A DNA stretch of 63,952 nt, counting the filler, from Choristocarpus tenellus KU-1152 (taxonomy: Eukaryota > Protista > Phaeophyceae), in the NCBI GenBank assembly GCA_964200185.2. It is 13 parts of 13 records of this genome, joined end to end, with 100 filler letters (N's around TTAATTAATTAA, not from the genome) between each part and the next. Parts side by side here need not be neighbours in the genome. Positions count along the whole stretch, not along the records: positions 38,629 to 44,104 come from CAXNAD020010660.1; positions 44,205 to 47,399 come from CAXNAD020021627.1; positions 47,500 to 54,622 come from CAXNAD020006654.1; 10 more parts are not named here. One strand, written 5' to 3'. Position numbers and translations under genes: made by a program. The notes under the pieces are model-generated. The model was not told the origin of the DNA and made no database searches. It saw nothing but the letters and a program-made list of their open reading frames with translations. Positions 39,065 to 50,400 of this stretch are shown piece by piece (within the stretch, counting starts at the first letter, position 1; every line of letters starts with the position of its first letter).

Positions 39065-42000
39065 GTGCCAGAGCTGGCTAGCATTGGTCGTATTTTCCGA
39101 TCTGCACCTCCGGTGGCGTTAACAGAGAGTGAAATGGAGTATGTGGTGCGCTGTGTGAAGCATATCACCTTGGACAAGGTCATCCTTGACTTTTCCATTC
39201 ATAACACTATGGAAGACCAGGTATATATGCATGCATACATACATACATACAATACAATACAATACAATACAATATAATACAGTATGATACAACACGATAC
39301 AGTCTTTTCTAAATACGTACAGTTTTTGTTGACTTTGAATAGATAGTGTACAGGGTTAGGGTTATGTGGATGGTGGCATATTGTGTCTGTATTGCAGTAG
39401 TAGTAATATCGAGGATACTGTTGGATGTCTTTCAACAGATTGGGATGCTGTGTATATAATATGGAGATTGGAAGTCAAGGACGTAAAGGTGAATGTGCAA
39501 GATGAGCCTTTCTAGGGTGTATGCTGTATGGACTTGTATCAGTTTGTACCTAACCCTAACCCTAAGTGTACTGAACTCAATTTGTAGCTAAGAGCATGTT
39601 TAGAGTTGATGGTCATTCTTTTGTACTCCAAAATCCTTTTTGGAGTGGTTGATGCAGAGGTTGAGGTTAGGGTTAGGGTTTGATGAATCAGTACGGACTG
39701 GACTTTTATCTTCCCTTTTCTTTTTTGATTGATTTTTGCTTGTAGACGTGATACTGTCCAAGCAACCTGTCATTTGTTTTAGCCCTTTTTCTTTTTTTAA
39801 TTTTTTTTTAATTGGAAAATTAATAGTATGATCGGACTATTTATATATTGGATTGAATATTGTTTGAATTAGAATATTTATAGTATGATCAGACTATAAA
39901 TATATTGGATTGAATAATGTTTAATTTAGAAAATTAATAGTATGATCAGACTATTTATATATTGGATTGAATATTGTTTGAATTAGAATATTTATAGTAT
40001 GATCAGACTATTTATATATTAGATTGAATATTGTTTGAATTAGAATATTTATAGTATGATCAGACTATTTATATATTAGATTGACTAATGTTTTATTTAG
40101 AATATTTATAGTACGATCAGACTATTTATATATTAGATTGAATAATGTTTGAATTAGAATATTTATAGTATGATCAGACTATTTTTATAGTGGATTGAAT
40201 ATTTTTGATTAGAATATTAATACTATCATCAGACTATTTTTATATTGAAATTTGTGGGAGGTGGTCAGTAACACCACTTACCAATGACTGTCCTTGGATC
40301 ACTCAACTTCCAATGGTATGAAAATTAATTAATTTGTAGTGGTACCTAACCCTAACCCTAACCGGTTTATCAGTGACCACGCTGAGATGGAGCACCAATC
40401 TTCCTTCCACTGTGCCAGAAACCACATTTGCAAGACATCATTGTTTATATCATGTTATATATTGACGTAACCCTAACCCGTAAGCTTATTTCACACACTT
40501 CAACTTTCCCTAACCCCTAGCCCTATCCCTAGTCCACATTAGACCCCACTTGTGACCGCTATTATATTTTGATGAACCCTGGAGCTTGTCACACCCACAT
40601 TTCTGAAACCCTAACCCTAATTCCATCCACAGCCCACAGTTTGGATAAGAGTATTCTTATTGATCGGCCCATTGTACTACGATCAAAACTCTAGTGTATT
40701 GATATCTTCAATTAAGAACAGAATGAGGAGATAGGTCATATCATTATTGCATCCGTATCCATCCAAACAGGGTCATGGTCGTATTGTATACAAATGTATT
40801 CTCTATAGGGTTAGGGTGTTTTCAGCCCTATTTCATGCACTTTCTTTTTAATTTCACCTCCAAAAAGTAAAAAGAAAAAAGAAAAGAAAAAATTAATTTC
40901 GACCATTTTGGTATGTATGCAAAGTTATTTAGTGTATTTGGCACTGGCTTGACATACAATACCTGTGTACAGAGAAGAGGAAGAGAATTTTTTTTGTTAA
41001 TTTGACGGGTTGAGGTCAGTCGGGGCATGCTGAGTTGTGTTTGGACCTGTGCGACAGAGCTGTGGTCTTCTAACCCTAACCCTAACCCTCTGCAATGCAC
41101 GATGAAAAGGTCTTTATAATAATTAAAAAAAACATCCTAGTTTGAAATGATCTCGATCTATTCAACCCTAACCCTAACCCTGAACAATGTTTTCTTAACC
41201 CCCAGCCCCTGTTTGATTTCGATTTAAGACTAGATATGTCATACACCCAAATGTTTTTTTTCATTCTCTTACCCTTTTCAGATGCTTCGAGATGTAACTG
41301 TGGAGCTAACCTCTGATTCAGACACCGAGTTATACAATGTCATCCAGACTGTGGCCCTGCCCAAGCTCAAGTACGGAGACACTGGGCATTCCTACGTTGT
41401 GCTGAGCAGGGAGATGGATGAGGCAATAGAGCCAGCTACCTTTTCTTGCGAGCTCAAGTTCCAGGTGGGTGTTGCTAAGTAGTTGGAAGGCATTGTCTCG
41501 ACTTTGTACTTTATATATTTTTCCATTGTGAAAGGAGGGTGTAAGTTATGGTCCAGTCTTGGTATTTTGATATAATACCTCAGGCGTTCCTGTGTGTGAT
41601 TGTTGGTCTGTGAGATCAGTTCTAAAATCTCACGTCTCCGGCTGGCTCGCTGGCTGACTTTTGGTATGGTGGTAGTCAATGTAGGAGGGTGTAGGTATGA
41701 TCAATGCACTATTTTGTCATGATTTCTTTGTGCATCCCTAACCCTAACTGTAATGGTCCTTGGCAGGCGTTGGAGGTCGACCCCTCTACCGGGGAGGTGG
41801 AAGGGGATGAGGACGACGATGGCTATGCAGAAGAGTACCCACTGGAGGAGTTGCAGATAACCACCGCTGACTTCATGGCCAAGGTATGAGTAGTTAATTA
41901 AGGTTTCTATTGGTTAGGGTTAGGGTTAGGGTTAGGTTTGTAAGGTGTTTGGATCAGTTAGGATTTTGGGGTTGAGGAATGTTTAGTTGATGTGGTTGTT

Positions 42001-43262
42001 AAAGGTGACCAATTTGGCATTTGCTGATTTAGTGAAGAATTGGGTTAGGGTTAGGGTTAGTGTTTGAGTGTGGTAGAAGTACATGGTGTATTGGGGGCAT
42101 GTTATGTAGGTGATTTTTCTGAATAATTTCAAGAGTCGGGCCTTCATTTGTTGTACTTTAATAATTGACTGATTAGTAACTACAGGGTACTGCAGTATAG
42201 GGTTAGGGCTAGGGTGATATTTTTTACGGCTATATCAGTATCACAGGATGTTCTTCAGTGATATTGCTTTGATTCCCAATATTCTTCAACCACTCTAAAA
42301 TTAAGTTTAATATATCTATATATATGCACGTGTTGGTCACTACGGTGATCCCATGTGATAAAGATCAGCTTGGGTGACTTCCGAATGGGTTGGGAACACA
42401 TGGGTACTGAAGGGGAGGTACTGGAGAAGTTTGCTCTTCACTTCAGGAGGCTGGAGGAAGCTGTGACCGGTGTTGTTGACTTCCTGGGGATGCAGGCATG
42501 TGATGGGACGAGCAGGTGAGCAAGTTCGTGGCAAAGCTAAAGGCAATGCATATATTAATGTTGGTAGGATTTGTGATGCGGGTTAGGGTAAAGGGTTATA
42601 AATTTTGGATTACGTTAGGGTTAGGGTTTACTGCAGTGCAGAACAGCAGATGGAGAAATGACAGTGTTTATTTCAATAAAAGATACACCTGAAAGTGGCA
42701 TAGTTATGATAACAGTTACCAAAGAAGTGATGATGATATACTAGTATAGTGTTCTGCCTATTGACATAGTTTAGGTGTGTACTATTTTGACTGGACTGAG
42801 GGTATTGTGATTTTTTCAACCTAACACTGGGTTAGAGGGGAAAGGAATGCAATACACAACATGTTTGCCACAACGTCAAGGTTTATTAGGGATGGTAATC
42901 CACTGGTTGAGTCCTAACCCCAACGCTAGATTGTCTTTCTTCCTTCTGTTGTTCACGTTGATCCAAGAGGTAGAACGCCTTCCATATCTTCTGCAAGACA
43001 TCCCCTGCATCAACAATTGCTACTATAGTACCAAGGATGTGATATTGCAATTCAGCTCTTCTCCAACACGGCGAATGATATTAGAAGTTGATGCAGGCCA
43101 ATGTTTTTATTCAACACCATTAACAATCATTTTATGTACTTGCTAAGGGTTCCTGCTGGAAAGAGGGAGCACACACTTCACCTTTGTGGGATGTTTGTTG
43201 GGGACGTGGCTGTGTTGGTTCGTGCTCAGATCAATATGTCCAACACTGGCTGCATCCTCAAG
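39065..43262 (+). CDS. COPG: Coatomer subunit gamma, C-terminal appendage, partial. Exons 39065-39220, 41282-41464, 41767-41883, 42364-42515, 43148-43262
   Basis: Five AG/GT exons splice in frame: LTESEMEYVVRCVKH, NTMEDQMLRDVTV, ATFSCELKF, GYAEEYPLEELQITTADFM, LEEAVTGVVDFLGMQACDGT, HTLHLCGMFVG - hallmark gamma-COP motifs. Confidence 0.96.
39815..40248 (+). repeat. Intronic 57-bp AT-rich tandem repeat, about 7.5 copies
   Basis: tagtatgatcagactattt recurs at 39824, 39881, 39938, 39995, 40052, 40109, 40166 and about 40222. Confidence 0.95.
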
Positions 43263-44464
43263 GTACGTGTTCTGTTAGGACCATTGGTCGAACTGAAGGT
43301 ACATGTACTAGAAGATATGAATACTAACCCTAACCCTAACCCTAACCCTAAGTACTGCGGTACAGTTTGGTTGTACATTTATAGGGTCGGGGTGATAGGG
43401 AGTTTTTCGCCATGTTTAGCAGTAGGTGCATCCTCAAGACAAGTACATCACAAGTACATAGTGCCGTATAATGTGCTCACAGTGATTAGTACCATCTAGT
43501 CCATAGATGTACCACGCATTAGGTTGAAGTATGATGCAGTGATAAGAAGGAGGCAACCTCCATAGAGGTACAGCATATTCCATGGCGTGGTCAGAAAGGT
43601 GATGCAAGAGAGAGCAAGGGAAGTGAAACTTACATGCCAAGAACGGCACATCCATCTGTCAAACCCACAGTCTAGAAAATAAACAAAAAGAAATGCACAA
43701 TTCGAGGATCGCCTCCAGCAACAAGAACCATATATGGTTCAAGGCACATATCCACATACACACTTCAGAGCATCCGGGTAAAGTCCTTTCATCCGCTAGG
43801 TACGATATGCTACTACTACTGCACTATTATCAACACCAAGAAGATCGAGGAGGGGGTGTTGATAATTTCATGTGTTGTGTGGACTGTGAAGGGCTCTTTT
43901 CGCTATCTATGTGTTCACAGCTAATCTTGTCTGGTTTAATTTCAGTGTCAACTGCATTTCAGGCATGGACATGGTGTATATTGCTCAAGGTTTGAGAGTG
44001 TCAAAATTGACCCCTCTGTTGGATCGCTACATTCTTCAGTTTTTTGTGTGTGTTTCCACACTTTTTGTGAAGACCCGAAGTATCTGGGAGGGGGGAGGGG
44101 GAGGNNNNNNNNNNNNNNNNNNNNNNNNNNNNNNNNNNNNNNNNNNNNTTAATTAATTAANNNNNNNNNNNNNNNNNNNNNNNNNNNNNNNNNNNNNNNN
44201 NNNNAGAACTGTTGTTCCCTGGACCCCTCCTCTGCTGCAAACGCTCTCTTTGGTCACCATAATTACCTGCGTGAGCGCGTATGGACTTTCTGCATGGTGC
44301 TCGGAGAAAAGCACATGAAAGGTGACTTCATTTCCTGGAGCGTGGAGTTGAGCGAGGAAGAAACCTACTCCCTTGAAGATGTCCCGGTGGTGGCGACGGA
44401 GTGCATCCGCCTGTTACTTGTGTGGAGGTGTAGTTGTCTTCTTGGGTTCTTCACATTGGTTTGG

Positions 44465-44635
44465 GGTTCGTTGTGGAGAATAGGTTCGTTGTGGAGAATA
44501 GGTTCGTTTTGGAGAATAGGTTCGTTTTGGAGAATAGGTTCGTTGTGGAGAATAGGTTCGTTGTGGAGAATAGGTTCGTTGTGGAGAATAGGTTCGTTGT
44601 GGAGAATAGGTTCGTTGCGGAGTATACGTTCATTG
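44465..44635 (+). repeat. 18-bp tandem repeat (ggttcgttgtggagaata) x ~9.5
   Basis: Directly visible; ends about 22 bp before the tRNA gene. Confidence 0.96.
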
Positions 44636-44656
44636 ATCCGTAGCTGTAGGAGTGTT

Positions 44657-44730
44657 GGAGATGTGGCTCAGTTGGTTAGCGCGTAGGTCTCATAAGCCTA
44701 AGGTCGAGAGTTCGAGCCTCTCCATCTCCG
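44657..44730 (+). tRNA. tRNA-Met (CAT), elongator type
   Basis: Acceptor GGAGATG/CATCTCC, D-arm TGGCTCAGTTGGTTAGC, anticodon arm TAGGT-CTCATAA-GCCTA, T-arm GAGAG-TTCGAGC-CTCTC; followed by a T6 Pol III terminator. Confidence 0.93.
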
Positions 44731-44733
44731 ATC

Positions 44734-44739
44734 TTTTTT
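44734..44739 (+). terminator. Pol III oligo-T terminator of tRNA-Met
   Basis: TTTTTT starts 4 nt after the discriminator base. Confidence 0.75.
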
Positions 44740-45446
44740 GGCCATTTCCGTGACTTACATTTTTTGGTAAGTGATTTAACTCTTCGGTGTTTCCTCAATT
44801 AGTTTCTCTGGTTCGAATCCCATCAACGCCTGACTTCATGGGATCGGAATCTGGTGTCGGTTGTCCAGTTCCACTTGGCAAGCACAGCAGATTGTACAAC
44901 CTATGCTGTTTTATATTAATATCCTGGGTCTTAACTACACAACAACGGTTGGACCTAGATCGAGGAGGCAACGTCGAGGTGGGTAAGGCACAAGATTCGA
45001 GGGAACTGGTGGTGCTACGAACAGTGGGATTGGTAAGCCTAACGCACAAGAAGCAAGTCACAGACAGGGATGGTACGATTAGTCGTAATGCCGCAGTTTA
45101 TACGTAGTAGTGAGTCAAAGTAAACGAAAGGGGTCGATTTTTTGGGCGTTTTGCATTTTATGCCAATTTTTCAGTCTTTTGAAATTTACCCATATATGGA
45201 TAATTCTATGGATGAAGTACTAGGTTTGATTTCGACATATTCTGATAATATCCTACATAATGTGTTGGAAGACTTTCCTCCCAGAACACGAGGCCTTAGG
45301 AATACCCTGTCTGCCCGACAAGTCGCAACCTTGTCCTTACCCGTCAAGCCAACACGTAACATCTTTGCAACTGAGCGAGTTCATTGAGTCGTCACTGGGA
45401 ACCTTGTTCTGTTGTTCTTTTTTTCAATCTATGCAACTTTTGCAAA

Positions 45447-45725
45447 GAGTCAAACTAACTGAGACGTAAGCAGGGTTCCACGTTAAGGATCCCGAGAAAG
45501 GGCAAAAATATTCCTCACCATACGATTGCCGAAGGAGACTTTGCCTAATTGTGGTGTTACTTTGTGAGTGGAAAGGGGAACATCAATTTTGTGCACACTA
45601 CTGTACACTGTTGTACACATTAGAACTATGAAATAGAGTGTATTGCATGGAGGAAGGATGATTGATGGCTTGGGATGCAAAAGGGACCAAATCTTCCTAT
45701 ACCTCTCAATTCCCCTGGTTTGTTC
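45447..45725 (+). mobile_element. MITE family C
   Basis: GAGTCAAACTAACTGAGA...TCTCAATTCCCCTGGTTTGTTC; shared body. Confidence 0.8.
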
Positions 45726-45742
45726 AATACATACTCGGAAGT

Positions 45743-46006
45743 GAAGCCGAAGTAAACGAGAGGTACTCTGGTTTTGGCCGTTTTGCATTTTAAGCCGCAT
45801 TCTAAATTTAATTTGTGCGATTCACCGTATTTTTATGGACGACTTACAAGGATTGATTGAGACTGTTGATTTCTCGATTAATTGAAATTTTCGATATAAT
45901 TCAGAAAATTCCCTACTCACCATTAGTAGTATAAAAAGTTGGAATTTCCACATGTTTGTCATCATCTTAAAACACAACCCTGGGTATCTCTCTGTTACTT
46001 TGACTC
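45743..46006 (+). mobile_element. MITE family D
   Basis: CCGAAGTAAACGAGAGGTAC...CCCTGGGTATCTCTCTGTTACTTTGACTC; flanks AGT/AGT. Confidence 0.72.
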
Positions 46007-46900
46007 AGTATATATACTACTACTAATATATATTTGGTCTAGAGGGTAAGAGAAAGGAATAGTTACAATTAAGGTATGATGAAGGTCATGCAAACTATCC
46101 TAACTTCGACTTGACCACCAACAATGCAATCAACAATGCCCACTGACAATTTACACACTCTCTCGCCGTATTACACGTAAAGCTTTGTATGTACAAGAAC
46201 TACGAATTTCAGAGTTGGAACAAATAGGGGACTGACTTTTGTACTCTTGGAAAGTTGGGCGAACTCAAAAATGATTTGAAGAAATGTTCTGCATAGAGTA
46301 TAGAGAAAAGACTAAACATACCTACAACCTGTCATCATACCTCGAAAGATGCTATGTTTGAACATTTATCATTGCTGCTTATGATTTGTCAAAAGATGAA
46401 CAACCCATGACACATAGGTATGGCATTTGTCGTAAATTCTACCTAGTAATCCCTCCCTGTGACTGTGCTACCTGGACGGGCTGCCAATGGTACTTCGGAA
46501 GTGTATATTGTAGAATTAGGGTAGGATGGAGAGGCAGTTGAAGGGGGGAAGAAGGTGAAGGTCTGCAGGATGTGCTAGGCAGATCGTGTCGGAGATAGCA
46601 CACAAAATATAATAGGTAGTCTGTTGCCGCGTGGTGCCATTCACATGTGAGGTGCTTGAATCGTAATTTCCGGATATTTGTTGTTGGACATCTATGCTGT
46701 TATCGCCACTTCCGTCATTCACAACCTCCTGATGTTGTAAAGGATAGCTGGATCAACACTCACACACGTTTGGACAACAAAAGCAAAACTATCTACATAT
46801 TTTTTTGTCCAGTTTTGTTGTATTCTTTGCCCTTAGAAAAAAAAAATCTCCTGCTGTTCCCTCCATAACATATCAGCAAAATGTCATCAGGCCTGGCAAG

Positions 46901-47158
46901 GACCCAAGCCAAATGAGAGGTGGGCAGCTTTGGACCCTATTACGTTCTAAGCCATCTTTCTTACCTTGTGAGATACACCCTATTTCATTCTTATGCGCAC
47001 AACAGTGTACAGTCAAATTGATATTCCCCAATTACGCACACAAAGTGATTCCACAATTAGACAAAGGCTCTTTCTGCAATTGTGCAAAATGGCGCATTTC
47101 TTCCCTTTCTTGTGATCCTTGAAATGTAACCCTGCCTAGTTCTCAATTGGTTTGGCTC
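46901..47158 (-). mobile_element. MITE family C
   Basis: GACCCAAGCCAAATGAGA...TCTCAATTGGTTTGGCTC; reverse complement of the other C copies. Confidence 0.82.
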
Positions 47159-47499
47159 AAAATATTTTTTTGAAATATAGCACTCCAGGGTAGACGCTTA
47201 AATGCTCACTGACGCTTTGCAGGTTTTGTCATTGGAGAAAAGAAGCCACACGAAAGGTTGAGAACAAGACAATCTCTACAGAGTCCGAATTATGTTCAAT
47301 ATAGGTCTTTCAATACACCAACCGAGAGGAGTTCCTAAATGAGACCCAAATTATCTGGGGGGGGGGGGGTCTACACCAGGGTTGCCATTTGGGCCAAAAN
47401 NNNNNNNNNNNNNNNNNNNNNNNNNNNNNNNNNNNNNNNNNNNTTAATTAATTAANNNNNNNNNNNNNNNNNNNNNNNNNNNNNNNNNNNNNNNNNNNN

Positions 47500-50400
47500 G
47501 GTGCCTCTACCTCCACACCAGCTACAGGAACTGACACATCACCCTCCACACCAGATACAGAGGGGATCGATATCCCTCCACCCATAGATGGAACTGAACC
47601 TGACACATCACCACCAACAGCAGGCATATCAAGGCTAACAGAAGGCATAGAGGCAGACGCCTCTCCTTCCACAGATGGTAGAGAGATCTCCGGCATCGCA
47701 GCAGACACATCATCCACAGATGCCTCTACATTGGTAGAGATCTTACCCAAAGATGCCTTCACATCATCCACCAGCCCAGATGCAGCGGCCTCAACAGACC
47801 CTGTCAGGTCAAACATCAAACATTTACCATGGTCATCAAAGAACAAGAGAAATAATAGCCGTATCTCCTTCTCACACAACATCACAAAACAATCCCTGTA
47901 ACACCCACTGCTGTAACCTTTTAACAAACAGAGCCAACACAACCATAGGCCGTTTCATCTCAAAAACAATACATCCAACCAATTACAATACTTGAGGTAC
48001 ATTACATAATGCAAACAAAATCAAGTTCCACACAAGAGCCCTTTCGATGACACTCACCAACCACATCTCCAGAGGCAGATGGTGCAGACACATCAGCACT
48101 GATTTCAGGAATGGTGCCTGAGATACCACCCCCTACAACAGGCACCTTGGGAGTCGTAGCCTAACACAAAGGAGCATTTAGGGTTAGGGTTAACACAGCC
48201 AGCATCTACACCATTCTTCCTTTCAGGTCATCATGACAATAAAAATGACAAGCATACAGAGATACCATATTGATTATAGAAAATATATTTTCCTTGCAGT
48301 AACCTACATACTTACGGTCCTCAGCAAACAAAAACTGCATATACAACAAGAACATTAATGAACTTAATTGATGCCTACCTTATCAACTGACTAATGACCG
48401 ATTGATAAACGATACTCAAAATTAAAAAGTCTAAAGTATGCACATCACAACAAAAGAACGGTGTCAACAGCGACCGTACTGAATGAGGTGGAAAGCACGC
48501 TCCCCCAAGCAAAAGCTTGCAAAGCATTCTATCAAAACCATTCTAACGAACAAATGCAATGCCCAAATCATCTCACAACTGTTTCAAAAAGTTATGGGCA
48601 CGGTCAAGTCAACAGCAAAAATATTTTTGATTAATACAATTTCAAAATGACTCTCTATGCACATCCTCCTACACTCTGCTTTGATTGATGCTGAAATACA
48701 TGACCACCTCTATACCTGTCGCCGAGAAACCTGCGTCAACATCATATAGTACCAACAAGCATCCTTAAGCTCACCTCCTTCTTGCTCATTTTCTTCTTCA
48801 AACGTCCAAAGAATCCACCTCCCTTCTTCGGACTGGTGCGACCATCTTCATCCACATCAGCCCCAGCCACAGCCAAACCACTTACCACAGCAGCAGCAGC
48901 TACTCCCACACTAGCAGCTGCCACATCCAAACCAACACCTATCCACAGGGAAAATTCCAATCAAAAACACAAATAAAAAAGTAACACGATGTACAATTAA
49001 CTCCAGTCAACAGGGTTCCTTGTTTCCTACTGATGATGAAACGTTCACCATCATGTCCATCCCTATCACAACTCTTCAACACGGCTGCGCGTCGATTTCA
49101 AAACTCGCACCACATGTCGATTTCAACATTTCAAGACAATAAAATCACTTCTCGAAATGTTCTTCAAGAAGCGTAGGACAACCAATTCCACAACATCGTG
49201 ACACAACAAACACACCTTCACCTTGTGCAGAGGCAGATGGAGCTGACACATCGCCACCCACCGTAGGCACATTGATGTCAACTGAGGGGAGGGACACAGA
49301 AGCATCGCCACTCACCGCAGGCGCATCTACCTCAACAGAGGGCACCTCTGTCGATACGCCACCACTAGTAAGACCACCAGGAAACCCTTCAGTTGAAAAG
49401 AGAGGGAAACCAGAAGTCATTGATGTCCAAGAACGGACAAGTTAGTCAGTGCAGACTGCAAAACATTCACCACACTTACAATCATCAGAGTGTTAAAAAA
49501 AAAAAAACACACACACACACACATACTACAACTTCATACTATCTCTTTGCTGTTAAATTCAAATAAACAGGGTTAATTGAAACCATGCTAGTTTGTTCTT
49601 GGAAAGTTCTCAAGTGCACACTTTACATGTTGAAACACTCTGCAATAGTTTTTGTAATCAACAGCCTCAGGACACACATTTAAAATGTAAGCGCATGGTG
49701 CGCACCCCGTATCAGACATTTTGTCCTTACCTTCCTTTCCAGCAGAAACAGATTGGATGGACACCTCACCACCCACAGACGGAATATCCACATCCACAGA
49801 GGGTGCCTCTACCTCCACACCAGCTACAGGAACAGAAACATCACCCTCCACACCAGATATTGAGGGGATTGATATTCCTCCACCCACAGATGGAACATCC
49901 ACATCCACGGAGGGTGCCTCTACCTCCACACCAGCTACAGGAACTGACACATCACCCTCCACACCAGATACAGAGGGGATCGATATCCCCCCACCCACAG
50001 ATGGAACTGAACCTGACACATCACCACCAACAACAGGCATATCAAGGCTAACAGAAGGCATAGAGGCAGACGCCTCTCCTTCTACAGATGCTAGAGAGAT
50101 CTCCGGCATCTTAGCAGCCACATCATCCACAGACGCCTCTACATTGGTAGAGATCTCACCCACAGATGCCTTCACATTATCCACCAGCCCAGATGCAGCG
50201 GCCTCAACAGACCCTGTCAGTCCACCAATCGAGGCTTTGGAAGAATCACAAAAACATGTCCGTCAAAAGTGATTAAAATCAATCAAAGGTGAAACTTTTG
50301 GCAATTAGGTCAGGAAGTACAAGTGCTGGTCATGGTACCAGATACTCCTTACTTTGAAAAAACTCTTACATATCTGTGTGCATGTAAAAACAATACTGAA

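Noticed and set aside
39815-40248. Regular repeats as a possible CRISPR array (also 44465-44635 and 26845-27478)
   Set aside because: Units are contiguous tandem copies without unique spacers; eukaryotic context; no cas genes
44294-44686. ORFs with SLWRIG or VVENRF repeats
   Set aside because: By-products of the 18-bp array; one overlaps the tRNA gene
44788-44832. Second tRNA gene
   Set aside because: Only a T-loop motif (GGTTCGAATCCC); no cloverleaf can be formed
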